DNA from: Octopus sinensis
Taxonomy: Eukaryota
Direction: 5' to 3'
DNA: 64,000 nucleotides
Assembly (NCBI RefSeq): GCF_006345805.1
Contig: NC_043025.1
Location: 2,046,001-2,110,000, forward strand
The translations under genes and the position numbers were made by a program. Below the pieces are notes generated by a model. The model did not search any database. It was not told where the DNA came from and worked only from the letters and a program-made list of their open reading frames with translations. This document shows, piece after piece, positions 13,971-27,771 of the stretch; positions within the stretch are counted from its first letter, which is position 1; every line of letters starts with the position of its first letter.

Positions 13971-14246
13971 GGGAGAATTCAGAGAAAAGAACAAAAGACG
14001 AAGACAGGTGGTGTAGAAAACAAACTGATGTATTAGTATAATGCTCGGGAAGTGAAAAAGTTTTTAACGTTTCGAGCCTAGGCTCTTCCACAGAAAGGAA
14101 CACGGAAAGAAACAGGGAGAGAAACAAGGAGAGAAAAAAAGAATGTGTAGTGGCTAGCGATCTATCAATACATACATACATACATACGTACATACATACA
14201 TATATACATACATATATACATTCATATATATATATACATACATATA

Positions 14247-14278
<32 letters not shown>

Positions 14279-14419
14279 AAGAGAGAGAGTGAGAGAGAGA
14301 GAGATAGTTTGAGTGATGTACAGATATATAGTTATCGATAATGGAAGCAAGCGCTAAAATGTAAATAGAATTTAAATACATAAAAAAAATATATAATCAT
14401 CCAACGTTTACCTTATTAT

Positions 14420-14529
<110 letters not shown>

Positions 14530-15011
14530 TAAGGGGAGAGAGATTTATAAATTGTTAGATAAATAGATATTAGTGTATACATAATTTTCAGAGCTTTTTA
14601 ATTTCTGTTGTTGTCAATGTTTCTTTTGTTGTTGTTTCCTTATCCACTTTCTTTATTTTCTTGTGTCTATTTGTGTCCGCAAAGAAATTTGCTTCTTTTG
14701 ATGTACGTCCATTTTTATTTGTTCATTTACGTTCATGCTTTATTCGTGTTCTCAGTAAAAGAAAAGTAAGTAAAAATGAAATCATGAAAGTGTATTTAAG
14801 GAAAAATGTGTATGACCGCTTCTAAAACTGGGGTAAAGGAACAAACCTTCGTTACAATACAGTTGCTTGTGGGGTCCCATCGGATTCAACGACCCAACCG
14901 GGTTTATAACCACTGCGTATTTAGGGTCCACGAAACTCATGGTTCGTTAGTTTTGTATATATATTAGACCCCCCCCCCGAGTATGGTTACAGATGTGTGT
15001 AGGAGTGAGTT

Positions 15012-15055
<44 letters not shown>

Positions 15056-15297
15056 GTATATTCTTTGATATTATTACGCGTTAAAGCTATAATATTTAAT
15101 AAATTTCTTCACACTAATTTATCGAAATTTAAGTTTTTAGCTTTAAATATCCAATCATGAAAACAAGAATATATTTGTCATGTGGAACAGGGGTGAATTG
15201 TAGTTCCTTCGGAGAATCTGCAATTTGAAGTTAATAACGTTGAAGACTCTGACATTTCCTATTTTCTTCTTTTACAGATAAATCTACGCCTGGCAAT

Positions 15298-15488
15298 ATG
15301 TTTCGCCACATAGTATCATATAGACGGTCTCTTGTGTTGATACTGTGCACGATATTGTTTTTGGAGGCTCAAGCTGATTCAGATATATGCAAGATATGTA
15401 CTTGCAATTCACTTACAACAAAAATAAATTGTGACAATCGCAATCTAGCATCAATTCCACAACCAATTCCGACGAATGTTGAATATTT
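15298..15488 (+). CDS. First coding exon of the LRR/LU/SEA/HRM receptor: signal peptide + LRRNT
   Basis: Acceptor tttacag| at 15277, ATG at 15298, MFRHIVSYRRSLVLILCTILFLEAQADSDICKICTCNSLTTKINCDNRNLASIPQPIPTNVEYL, phase-2 donor tt|gtaagt at 15489. Confidence 0.92.
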
Positions 15489-17799
15489 GTAAGTATTTGA
15501 CACTTTCTACGTATTTTCCACTTCCAATATTTTAAATTTTCATTGATTATGTTCTCAGCTAATCGCTTATGCTGTTTATCTCACAGCTTTAAGCACAATC
15601 TTATGTTAGAGTAAAACAAATCGATATGTTACCTGCTGTGAAGTCAAATAAACTGTTTCCTACCATATTGAATTTATAATATATAACATCTCATACACAG
15701 TGATTGGATCTGACTAGTATCTGACTTTGATGTTATTTGTCTGAACTTATCAAATCTTACGGTATATTCAATGAACGGACAGTATAAAAACTTTAGTGCT
15801 AAGAAAACGTGTATTCCACATAGTTATATTATATCATTAATTAGTTGAATTGTTGCTTATAGTTACAGTAATATAATATAATATCATTTGATCTTGTTAC
15901 AGAATAATTGTTAATTATTGTTTGTGTTAGTTTTATAACAGAATATGCAGCGAGCTAATATAGAAACGTTGTGCACGCCAGACAAAATGTTGAGCGGTAT
16001 TTCGTTCGTCTTTACGTTTCGATTTTAAATTCTCTCGAGGTTGACTTTGCTTTTCATTCTTTTGGAATCGGTAAAATAAATAGCAATTTATCTCTGAGAT
16101 CAACGTAAAGGACTTGTCCCTTTCCCCAAATTTCAGGTTTGTTCCTATAGAAGAAATGATTATTTTTATAATTAAAAATGATACAGATGGATTAAACTGC
16201 AGATAATGACGAGATCTGCTTAAATTGCCAAATTCTTAAAAAAGTGAAGAAATCAAAATAGTGCTGTTTGAACAAATTATGAGGAATTTATTTTTGATAG
16301 AATGTCATCAGTAAAATTTACCCTATCATGAACACAATAAAATTTATTACAAAATTATGCAAGCTTAATTGAAGTTTCGGCTGTTTGATGCATCCCCGTT
16401 CACCTGAAAACTTACGTAATTTTTAAGTGCATTATTAAAATTTAACGTCTCAAGAAATGGAATAGAATAAAAAAGAGTAATTATTTGATACATAAATCAT
16501 AACAAATACTCTGTTGCAACACATTGCTCTTCCAGGTGATTACTTCCAGTTAATTGGCTTGCATCATTGCATTAATCACCTTAAACTTTCTGTTTTAATA
16601 ACATATTCTAATACTAAAGTGGATCAATTCATTCGATCAGATCTATTTCTCAAAAAATTTGGAACGTTTTGACCAAATGAGAAATTCCAATGTAAAATAA
16701 AGAGAAAAGTTTCAATAATGGAATTCCTAAATTTGGTATAACTCAAGATGTTGAATAGTAAAGTTGAAGTTCTGTTTAATAAGTTAGATATTCTCATCGT
16801 TCACAACTTAAGCGAGGATTGGCACAAATCTGTTGACCGTCTAGTAGAAGACATTGCGTTCTGACACACGGCAATCTGACATCAAATCCCGCCAAGGTCA
16901 ACCTTGCGTCATTTATTTCCGAGATCAATAAAGAACCATAACAGTTCAATGAACAAATGCAACTATGAGGACCTCGAATAAGACACCTTGCAGTATATTG
17001 TCCAGTTGTCTGTGACCTGAGTTAAAATTCCACACTTTTTATTTTATCGATTTTGGAGAAAGAATCAGACAAGTTTTATAACTCCTGCAAGATCTCCAAT
17101 ACTTGTGAGACAGATATCATTAATATTCCGTTTGAGCTGTTTACAGGAATGATGAGCAGGGATGCTATTTAGGAGATGAAGGATTTAGCATATGTGGTTA
17201 ATAATGGGAACAAACTGAGATTTAATACAGCAAGAGTAAGGACTAAAAAAAGACCGAAAAACTAAGGCAATGTATGTTGTCTCATCCCTTTTTTAAATAA
17301 CACTCTTAACCAGTTAAATCACCATGTAAGGTTGTTCTCCTTTGTAGCACATAACTCAAAATTAAATAAGGGTTTCCCCACTCTACCATCACCAGTTCTA
17401 TTAATAAATCCCTTTCCATTTCTGTTATGCTTTCCTTCCTAGTCTATTATTTCAGTCTTGAAGTTTTGGGGGTTTATTTATTTTTGTGAAGAACTTTTAT
17501 GCATCAACTAAGCAAAGGAAAGGAGTTTATTTTGCAAAGGTAAATTACTTTTGACAACAAAGTGTAATAGCGAATGAAATGCTCATTGGACAGAAACAAG
17601 ATATTTATAAATAAAGCTGACTTCTGAGATGATAAAAATATCTTCCACTGAATACTGAATACGAAGGCTTTGTAAATCTAATTCAAATCACAAATATTTT
17701 GAACATCCATTATTTTCTCATATTTTACATGCATGTGTGTTTTTCATTCATACTTTACGCAGTGACTTAGATCTGTTTTATATCTTATATAATAAACTC

Positions 17800-18560
17800 C
17801 CAGTAAATCGAACAGAACCTTCGTGAAGAAGAAAAGGAAGCCTTACAAACTGAAGAATGACAATTCAACCATCCTAAAAGAAACCGATTAGGGAAGGGTG
17901 ATAGCAGTCACGGACCACGACTACTATAAAGATAAAATATTGGAAACAGACCTGCTACTAGGAAAAACCAAGATACCCGGAAAAAGTAATAATGAATATA
18001 CTCAAAAGTCTGATAAATGAATACCAATGTTCGTTCACAGATAAAGAGAAAGATTATTTATGCAGCTCTGTAATGAAAGAGAGTAATTCCTATGGATCAC
18101 CCAAGATCTACGAATGCTCCAAAATGCAGGAACCAGCAGATAAAAATACTAAGACCTACTGACATCAAATTGAGACCAACAGTTGCTGGACCTTGAGCCC
18201 CAACACAACAACTGAGCCATCTTTTGGATATACTCCTCAAACCGTTATGCCCATTAATGCCCAGCTATACCCGAGACGATATGGATTTCCTCAAACACAT
18301 TCCAGAACGTATTATATCTACAATCTTTGACTAATCTTTATACTAATACATCAGACTTTGGGCCGGGAAGCAATCAAACACTTGGTAGAAAAGCATAACG
18401 GACAGATGGACGAACGCTTCAAAACGCATTTCCAAAGACACACCTGGAACTAGAAGACAACACCTTTAGATTCGATAATAAACTATATCGACAGATAAAA
18501 GGACATCACTACAGAGACGAGGTTCGCACACATTCCCGCACCCAGAGGTAGATATACATA
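17800..18560 (+). mobile_element. Penelope-like retroelement RT fragment (intronic, degraded)
   Basis: LRP.VAGP...LSHLLDILLKP-like and YRQIKG-like motifs across frameshifts. Confidence 0.6.
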
Positions 18561-18940
18561 TGTGTGTATATTTCTGAGAGCATACGTATGTATGTGCGTA
18601 TAAGTGCGTGTATTTGTGTGGATATGTGTGTTGATATGTAGATAGGCGAAGCGGATACTCGAGGTTGTGCAAGTCAAGTAAGAAATAAACACGAAACGGC
18701 TGCCACATTAAGACATTCTTCGTCTTCTTCTTCTTCTTCTTCTTCTTCTTCTTCTTCTTCTTCTTCTTCTTCTTCTTCTTCTTCTTCTTCTCCTCCTCGT
18801 CCTCCTTCTCCTCCTCTCCTCCTCCACTCCTCATCTCCTGCTCTCTTCTTTTTCTTCCTTTCATTCTAAAGCCACAGTTTTTGATGTCGTATCACAAATA
18901 TTTTCCGTCTAATCTTTTTATTCTTTCTTTACTGCTATAG

Positions 18941-19012
18941 AGATCTGCAGGATAACAATATTGCAACCATCCAAGAAGGTGTATTCACGGGGCTTAAGAA
19001 TTTAAAACAATT
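18941..19012 (+). CDS. LRR exon 1 (72 bp, phase 2-2)
   Basis: ctatag|a...tt|gtaagt; (L)DLQDNNIATIQEGVFTGLKNLKQL. Confidence 0.93.
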
Positions 19013-19664
19013 GTAAGTTCGTTCAGTTTCTTGATACTATATTCCGAAAGTAATATTTGACGCTGATATATACACACATTGCCCAATAATTTTTCAGACT
19101 GCACTATACAAGAACAATTTAAATTTGGGGACCGAACACGATTTAGGAAGATACAAAGAGGGAGTAAGTGAGCGAGACACAAACAGAGAAAGAGGGAGAA
19201 ATTGAGAGAGAAATTAAAATAATACGACAAATTTAATGTTCCTTTATTACAGTTGCTTTGTTTCAATTCGCGTCACCATAACTCATATTCGAGCCTCAAA
19301 TTTCAATGATTTCTATATGAATTTGTATTAGAAATGGTAACGTTTGTGTGTTTACATGTTTGCATCAAATATGTTTAGCAGAAGTATGTGAGTATGTCCA
19401 TATCTAAGTGTAATTCTGTGTGAGATGTGACTATATTATTCCATTATTTTATTGCAATTCCATTCTTCTTCTTCTTCTTCTTCTTCTTCTTCTTCTTCTT
19501 CTTCTTCTTCTTCTTCTTCTTCTTCTTCTTCTTCTTCTTCTTCTTCTTCTCTTCTTCTTGTCTTATTTTCCTGTAATATTGTTCCTATACATAAAGAAAA
19601 ATATTCAATATTTTATTGCAATTCCATATTAAGTCAAACTAAGCAATATTGTTTTCTGCTTCAG

Positions 19665-19736
19665 ACATCTTTACGACAATAAAATTTCGAGGATTGAAAA
19701 AGAGATGTTTCAAGGCCTTCAGAACTTACAGGAATT
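19665..19736 (+). CDS. LRR exon 2 (72 bp, phase 2-2)
   Basis: ttcag|a...tt|gtaagt; (L)HLYDNKISRIEKEMFQGLQNLQEL. Confidence 0.93.
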
Positions 19737-20538
19737 GTAAGTCCTTTCAATGTTGTCGTTTATACATGAGGAATATAATGTGTCTTTAAATTAAATATTC
19801 CCTGATTTCTATTTATTCTCACTCCCTATTACTTGAAGTTATAATCACTTTTCATATTCGTGTTATATTTATTTGATTGTGTCTGAACATGACAATGTCT
19901 GGCAGTTGATAATCGTCTGCATCAAAATTTATTCCTGAAAACGTGTATGTTCACATATGTATGAGTGTGTCTGTAGTGTTATAATACCTATGTTTTAGCT
20001 ACTGTTTCGTTTCACATTGTTCTCTTGATTCTTGTGGTAACGTGTGGTTATTTATCCACAGTTCCGCCGAAATAATTTCCTCTTGTTTTATTTCTTCTTC
20101 TTCTTCTTCTTTCTTCTTTTTTTCCTCCTTTTTCTTCTTCATTTTTCTTATGCTCTCCTCCCCTTCCTCCTCCCTCCTCCCTCCTTTCCTCCTCCCCTCC
20201 TTTTCCTCCCTCCTTTCCTCTCCCTCCTTTCCTCCTCCCTCCTTTCCTCCTCCCCTCCTTTCCTCCTCTTTTCCTCCTACTCTTCCTCCTACTCTTCCTC
20301 CTCCTTCTCCTCCTCCTTCCTCCTCAACCGCTTCTCCTATACTCCACCCCTCCTCCTTTCCTCCTCCCCCTCCGTTCCTCCTCCCCTCCTCTTCCTCCTC
20401 TTCCTCCTTTCCTCCTCCTCCTTCTTCGTCGTCGTTATCTGTCTTCATTTTTCTTCCTTTCATTCTGAACCCCTTGTTTGATGTTTTTTCACAATTATTT
20501 TTCATATAATCATTTTTATTCTTTCATTACTGCTATAG

Positions 20539-20610
20539 AATTCTGTGGAACAACAAAATTTCAACCATCGAAGAAGATGTATTCACGAGGCTTTCCGATT
20601 TAACGTCATT
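20539..20610 (+). CDS. LRR exon 3 (72 bp, phase 2-2)
   Basis: ctatag|a...tt|gtaagt; (L)ILWNNKISTIEEDVFTRLSDLTSL. Confidence 0.92.
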
Positions 20611-22340
20611 GTAAGTTCGTTCAGTTTCTTGATACTATATTCCGAAAGTAATATTTGATGCTGATATATACACTCATTAACCAATAATCTTTCAGACTGC
20701 ACTAAACAAAATCAATTCAAATTTGGGGACCGAACAGGAGTTTGGAAGATACAAAGAGGGAGTAAGAGAGCGAAACATAGTGAGAGAAAGAGGGAGAAAT
20801 TGAGAGAGAATGTGAAATAATTGGACAATTTTAATGTTCCTTTATTGCTGTTGCTTTGTTTCAATTCGTGTCACCATAACTCATTTTTGAGCCCCTAATT
20901 TCAATGATTTTACTTGAATTTGTATTAAAAATGGTAACATTTGTGAGTTTACATGTTTGCATCAAATATTTTTAGCAGAAGTATGTGTGTATGTTCATAT
21001 ATAAGTGTAGTTCCGTGTGCAATGTGAATATATTATTCTTTATTATATAATTTGTATCCTTCATTTCTTATTTCAATCTTTTTCGTGTTTCGATATTATC
21101 ATTCAACTTCGACTTTTTCATTCACATCACTTTATTTAAGTGATAAACCAACTGAAGTGGAAGCGGAAAATAAATATATACAAATAATGTCGTCACATAC
21201 ATTCTCTCTGTAAACCTGAAATCCTTACTGCACATTTAAGCAGGAATATTTGGCCTGATACAATTTAACTGCTGATATATTTCTAGTTAGAGGGGGTTTT
21301 CTAATATAATTTTCTTCTGTCAATTAAGCGATATGAGATTAATAATCTCTCTCGCCATATTTCCACACAGGTGAGTGAGAATATGTGTGAATGTGAGTGT
21401 GCGTATCACCTTACGTCGTTCATATTATGAATATAAGCATGTGTATGAGTGCATTCAAATATGTTGATTTCTGAGTCCGTATATTCCCTCATTTTTCAGC
21501 CATGTTCTCTCCCTCAAACGTTTGTTCCCTGTCCCTGAAATATCTCCTGTTATTTCTTTGACTACATTTTCTGTTTCGCCTTCTTGAATACCATGATTTT
21601 CAATGTGTCTTCTTCTTCTTCTTCTTCTTCTTCTTCTTCTTCTTCTTTTTCTTCTTCTCTTTTTCTTCTTAGTCTTCTTTCTTTCACTTCTTTTCTTCTC
21701 TTTCTTCTTCTTCTTCTTCTTCTTCTTCTTCTTCTTCTTCTTCTTTCTTCATTCTTCTTCTTCTTCTTCTTCTTATTTTTTCAGAAACTTTCTCCTGTAC
21801 ATTCTGCTTTGTCAATTTCCTCCTTCTTTTTCTTTCTCTTTTACTGTTTCTCCTATTATCATTTCGCCTCCTCCTCCTGCCCATTCTGCCCCGCCTCTAT
21901 TCCCTCCTTCTCTCTCCTCCTCGCCTCCCCTCCTTCACCCTCCTTTTTACTCCTTCTCCCCGCATTATCCTCTTTCGCCTCTTCGCCCTCCTCCTCCTCC
22001 TTCATTTTATTCTCCTTTTCCCCCTCCTTTTCCTCCTTCCTCCCTTCTTCCTCCTCTTATTTCGTCTACTTCTTCTTCTTCTTCCTTTTTCTTCTCCTTC
22101 TTCTTCTTCTTCTCTTCTTCTTCTTGTTCTAGTTGTTGTTGTTGTTGTTGTTCTTGTTCTTGTCCTTGTTCTTGTTCTTCTTGTTCTTGTTCTTTTTCTT
22201 CTTCTTCTTCTTCTTCTTCTTCTTTTTCTTCTACGTTATATGTCTTCCTTTTTTCCCTTTCATTCTAAAGCCATATTGTTTGATGTTTTATCACTAATAT
22301 TTTCCATCTAATCTATTTTACTCTTTCTTTACTTCTGTAG

Positions 22341-22412
22341 AGATCTTGACGGCAACGACATTTCGACCATCAAAGAAGGTTCCTTCAATGGGCTTTCGAA
22401 TTTAACGAAATT
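22341..22412 (+). CDS. LRR exon 4 (72 bp, phase 2-2)
   Basis: ctgtag|a...tt|gtaagt; (L)DLDGNDISTIKEGSFNGLSNLTKL. Confidence 0.92.
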
Positions 22413-22911
22413 GTAAGTTCGTTCAGTTTCTTGATAATAATTTCTGAAAGTATATATGATATATATAAACTCACAAATGTATGAACGTTCAGACTGCAAT
22501 AAGCAAATCAATTCAAATTTGGGGACCGAACAGGAGTTTGGAAGATACAAACAGGGAGTAAGAGAGCGAGACACAATGAGAGAAAGAGAGAGAAAGAGAG
22601 AGAGAAAGTGAAATGATAGGACAAATTTAATGTTCCCTTATTGCAGTTGCTTTGTTTCACTTCAGGTCATCCTAAATCAATTTTGATCCTCAAATTCCAA
22701 TGACTTTTATATGAATTTGTATTAGAAATGGTAACGTTTGTGAGTTTCCATGTTTGCATTAAATATTTTTAGCTGAAGTATGTGAGTATGTTCATAAATA
22801 AGTGTAGTTATAAGTGTAAAGTGTGACTATATTATTCCTTTATTTTATAATTTGTCTCCTCCTTCATTTCTTATTTCAATATTCTCTTTCGTGTTTCGAT
22901 ATTGTCATTCA

Positions 22912-22942
<31 letters not shown>

Positions 22943-23079
22943 CTTCTTCTTCTTCTTCTTCTTCTTCTTCTTCGTTAACGCTCTTCTCTTTCTTCATTTA
23001 ATTCTAAAGCCACAGTTTTTGATGTCGTATCACAAATATTTTCCATATAATCTATTTTACTCTTTCTTTACTGCTATAG

Positions 23080-23151
23080 AGATCTGCGAAGGAACAACAT
23101 TGCAACCATCAAAGAAGGGACCTTCACGAGGCTTTCGAATTTAAACTACTT
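23080..23151 (+). CDS. LRR exon 5 (72 bp, phase 2-2)
   Basis: ctatag|a...tt|gttagt; (L)DLRRNNIATIKEGTFTRLSNLNYL. Confidence 0.88.
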
Positions 23152-23344
23152 GTTAGTTCGTTCAGTTTCTTAATACTATTTTCTGAATGTTTCCTTTGAT
23201 ACTGATATATTTTCTCTCAGAAACGTATAAACTTTCAGAGTGCACTATCTTCTTATTCTTGTTCTTCTTGTTTTACTTGTTCTTCTACATCTCCTCCTCC
23301 TCCTCCTTCTTCTTCTTCTTCTTCTTCTTCTTCTTCTTCTTCTT

Positions 23345-23375
<31 letters not shown>

Positions 23376-24257
23376 TTTTTCTTCTTCTCCTTTTTCTTCC
23401 TAGTCTTCTTTCTTTTCCTCTTCTTCTTCTTCTTCTTCTTCTTCTTCTTCTACTTCTCCTTCTTCTGCTTCTCCCACTCGGCATCCTCCTCTTCCTCTCC
23501 TCGCTTACTTGTTGTTTTCCTTCTTCTTCCCATCCTCCCCTTCTCTTCCATCTTATTCCTATCTCTTTCTTCTCTTTTTTCTACCTCTTCTTCTTCTTTG
23601 TTTTCCTCTTCGTATTGTTTCTCCATTTTTTACCTTTTACGTCCAATTTCTCCGTGTTGTGTTGCTGTTGTTCTTCTACTTCTTTTCTTCACCACCTTGT
23701 GTTTCTTTCTTCTTCTTCTTCTTCTTTTCTCTTCTTCTTCTCTTCCTTCGTCTGCTCTTTGGTGTTTCGTCTTCTTTTCCTTCTTTTTGTTCTTGTTCTT
23801 CTTTTATAGTCAATTTATAGGTACCAGTACTATATCTTCTACCAAAAGGTTGAAAGATGTTTTGTGTACTTTGAATAGGATTCTGAAAGTTATGCACTGG
23901 TCTGAAGATGGTCAATGTTATTGCAATATTAATAGTTTATTGTTTTGAAAAACCATTTTTATCATTACACTGCTACTGGAGTAGATACTTTTACTATTCC
24001 TTGTTTCAGTTATCACAATGCGGCCATGCTGGAGTACTACATCCAAGCGTTCCTCGAACAAATCGTCCTTAGTATGAATTTTTAAAACCTGCATTAATCA
24101 GCGGTACCTTTTGCGGGAACCCACTATGTTACGGGGGACGTAAACAAAACCAATATGGTCATCAAGCTTTGGTGGGGATAAAACACAAAGACAAACACAC
24201 GCATATAAATATATATAATAATATATATATATATATAATATATATATATATTATATA

Positions 24258-24913
24258 AAAGGGCTTAGTAAAATAATTACTTTGCCGCATACTGAACTCA
24301 TCAGAATAGCAGCTAAAAAAACTTTTTTAAGTATTTCTAATACTTAAAAGAAAAACCTCTCTCATATAGTGTTTGCTCAATTCAACTCACGAAAGTATGG
24401 GGGTATAGAGACATTAAAAATCAAATGCAAAGGTTATTTGAGAACGACGTTCAAGATTTAGTTAGTCAAGATTAGTCAAGATTATATAATGCCTCGATTT
24501 TACCGAAAAAAGCATAGTGTTTTACTGATTTTAACCCACGCTGGTGGAAAGCGGAGGGCAGAAATCTTCGCTTGCATTTTTGAGTTTGCTGGCACTGGTA
24601 GTTTCGAGCAGATCTTCAGAAGCGATAAGAAGCCGAAAGGGTATGCTCCCCTTTCAGTGTTTTCAAATCCAAACCAGGGAGTTCTGAGCTGATGATAGAA
24701 ATGCGAGTTTCACTAATCTGAACGTACGTTCTCAAATAACCTTTGCATTTGATTTTTTAATGTCTCTACCCCCATACTTTCGTGAGTTGAATGAGCAAAA
24801 CACTTATGAGAGAGGTTTTCTTTAAGTATTAGAAATAGCTTTAAAAAAGTTTTTTAGCTGCTATTTCTGATGAGTTCAGTATGCGGCAAAGTAATTTATT
24901 TACTAAGCCCTTT
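24258..24913. mobile_element. MITE / non-autonomous DNA transposon with ~200-bp TIRs (superfamily not assigned)
   Basis: aaagggcttagtaaaataattactttgccgcatactgaactcatcag... (24258-~24455) is inverted at ~24715-24913 (...ctgatgagttcagtatgcggcaaagtaatttatttactaagcccttt). Both flanks are TA-rich. Confidence 0.88.
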
Positions 24914-25540
24914 ATATAATGTAATAATTTGAATTCGCCTTAATGGTCCCTTTGCATACTGAATATTGGTGAAATTGATTAATTAATTAATTTTACCTCA
25001 ATTGTTGAAATATATATATATATATATATATACACACGAAGGGAATCCACACAGTTTCCTGCAGCAAATTTACTCACAACGCTTAGTTGACCCAAGGTTA
25101 TAGTAAATGTTATTTGTCCAAGGTGCCACACAGTTGGACTAAAGAATCCATGGATGTGAGAAGTAATTTTCTTGCCATAGAACCATGCCTATATGGAGAA
25201 TGATATTTCTACCATAGATGAGAATGTTAACTAAAACCCATATTGTGCACATAAAAAAGTCTCCTTGTTATTTTGTTATTTTTGTATTTTATTCCCTTCC
25301 ATCTGTTGCTGTTTTGTTATCAGATTTTCTCTTAGGATAATTAAATTAGATTGAAGGAACCTATTCTTGTTCAAACAACACTTCCCACAGAACTATGAAG
25401 AGAAACAAACAATTGTAGTGTGTAATATCAGCATTTACCCTGTTAGTGTTGACTAAAACGCAATTTAGTACTAAACAGGAGTAAACAGATTTATTTATTT
25501 TTACTTATTTTAAATTGTGTAATATTTGTCTCTTTTTCAG

Positions 25541-25615
25541 ATATTTGCAAAACAACCCCAATAGAAAAAAATATGAAGATGGCGCTTTCTTATTCCTTCG
25601 CAGCATAGTTGAAAT
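25541..25615 (+). CDS. LRR exon 6, damaged (local indels, donor GT missing)
   Basis: tttttcag|a tat ttg caa aac aac cc...gaa gat ggc gct ttc tta ttc ctt; YLQNNP...EDGAFLFL.SIVE. 75 bp instead of 72, followed by aagaaaag where gtaaga is expected. Confidence 0.6.
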
Positions 25616-26403
25616 AAGAAAAGAAGTTCTTTTGTTATAGGAAAATGAAAATAATAAAACTAGGTCATCAAATTCTCAATTCCTCGTTAAATGTTGTTGG
25701 TAATAAACAACAATGAGTTGATTTAAATTTCATGATTTCCGAGATTGTGTTATATTATCGAAAAGTTTATGTTCAAATATAGAGGGTTGGTTGATCTGGT
25801 TTCCTCCATGTTTATAAATACACATAATTAACTGGAGACGAGAGTGTGGCCTACATACCAACCTTCATGCATATATATATAAAGATTCCTCTGTGTGTGT
25901 GTATGCGTATGTGCGTACATAAGCAACACACACATACACACACATATATATATTGTTATTACTTATTATATCCTTATGGACAACGGACGGAGTTAGTTAT
26001 CAGAAGGAATAAGATCCACAAAAAATCCATTCAACTATTTCTGATGATTGCTGTATTTGCCTCTGTATTTCTACCACGAAACCATTTGGTAATTGGTAAT
26101 CAAGGGGGCTAAAATATTCTTTCTACGATGAGCACAAGGCCTGCAATTTTGTGGCTGGGGGCTTGTCGATTACATCCACCCTAGTGCTCGGCTGGTACTT
26201 AATTCATCGACCCCCAAAACATGAAAGCTAAAATCGTCCTCGAAATTTTGAACTCAGAACATGAAAACGGAACACCCTGTAACTGTTGGGTCGATTAATA
26301 CGCAGTATTACTATATCGCAAGATTTTGTGATTTGCCAATCTGACAGAAACGGGATGATTCAATATGTATGATATCTCCATTCTTCTGTGTTAATATATA
26401 TAT

Positions 26404-26442
<39 letters not shown>

Positions 26443-27520
26443 TATATACACGTGTGTGTGGAGAGGTAAAGAAAGAGAGGGAAATTTAACACAATCCTAT
26501 CCCTATTAAAGCTTAACCACACTGCTTGGAATGGAGAACATTTTAAGGCAGATAAATAGTAGTAAAATTAACAACGTTCGCGCAGTATTAGAGGTTGGGA
26601 GGTATACAAGCAGATCTATTTCAAAATTGTATTTATCAGAACATTATAGAATTGCATTACGATGTAGCAAAATTCCTTCTGAAAATCATATTCAATAAAG
26701 GATGTGCCGAGGGGGAAAATATGTCCAATACCTACAATTTCAGATATATCTGCTATAATTTCCAGTTATATTTAGAATGCTTATCCAGCTAAATCTCTCA
26801 TGTGAAATATGACTGGTATTTTACTCAGCAATATTTCGCAGCTTCGCAATACATAGCAACTTTCGCCACAGCACTTATATGACAATACCGTTTGCTCGTA
26901 TGTCACTTATATCTTGTAGCTGGTAATCTATATATTGCTTGCTAGCTACATTTAGTAGATTTATCCATATCTTGTATGTCATCTCTTCAAACATATCATC
27001 TAAATATATCATAGTATGTCACCTGTCCAGTATATCATCTATATCTAGAATATCCTCTAAATCTCGTATGCCATTTATATATTGTATGTCATCCCTTTCT
27101 CCTCTGACAGCTGTATGTAATCTGTTTGCCCAATACATTTCGTAATATCATACTTGTCTTATGATTCAAAATTATATCAAGAATATCATTTAAAGATTCT
27201 CTAACCTCATCCTACCTAATTTTATTTGGTATCTGTTATTTTTAATTATCATTTTCTCATTTCTCCTCTCTAATAAATCTACTGCAGTATGTAGTACAGA
27301 GTGGTGGGAATGGCTTACATTCATAGCCCCTCTCTCTCTCTTTCTCTCTCCCTCTCCCTTTCACCCGCCCTCTCTCTCTCGCTCTCTCTGTAACTCTAAC
27401 TTTCCTTTCTACTACCATATTCATGCTTCAATGTGTATGAAGATGTCTATGATTGCATGTGAATGGTCAAATGAGAAGGTTAAACCTTCTTTTATTCATT
27501 TTCCCTCTAATTTCTACTCA

Positions 27521-27737
27521 GGCATAAGACAATTGAACTGAGAGGTTTTTGGCTTTAATGATTACCTGAAGACCTCCTCATCAATGGATTATTTGGTTTT
27601 GGTCAATACACAGCGAATGACACAGACCCAAAGACATACAGAAATATTAGAATGTATTGAAATGAAAATGAAACAGTTATCTTCTATCACATAACTATAA
27701 AATCAACAAAAGATTATTATTATTATTATATTTTATA

Positions 27738-27771
<34 letters not shown>

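Larger units (their letters stand above)
18720..23810. repeat. (CTT)n/(CCT)n polypyrimidine tracts separating duplicated LRR exon modules
   Basis: Tracts at ~18720-18860, 19465-19560, 20090-20460, 21605-22260, 22915-22975 and 23245-23810. Confidence 0.9.

Noticed and set aside
21320-21375. Exon-like stretch ending cacag|gtgagt between LRR exons 3 and 4
   Set aside because: It is not 72 bp, has no LRR consensus and has a poor acceptor.
26840-27230. Quasi-periodic gtatgtca/tatc-rich sequence
   Set aside because: It looks like a degraded or poorly called simple repeat with no regular unit. It is not a CRISPR-like array.
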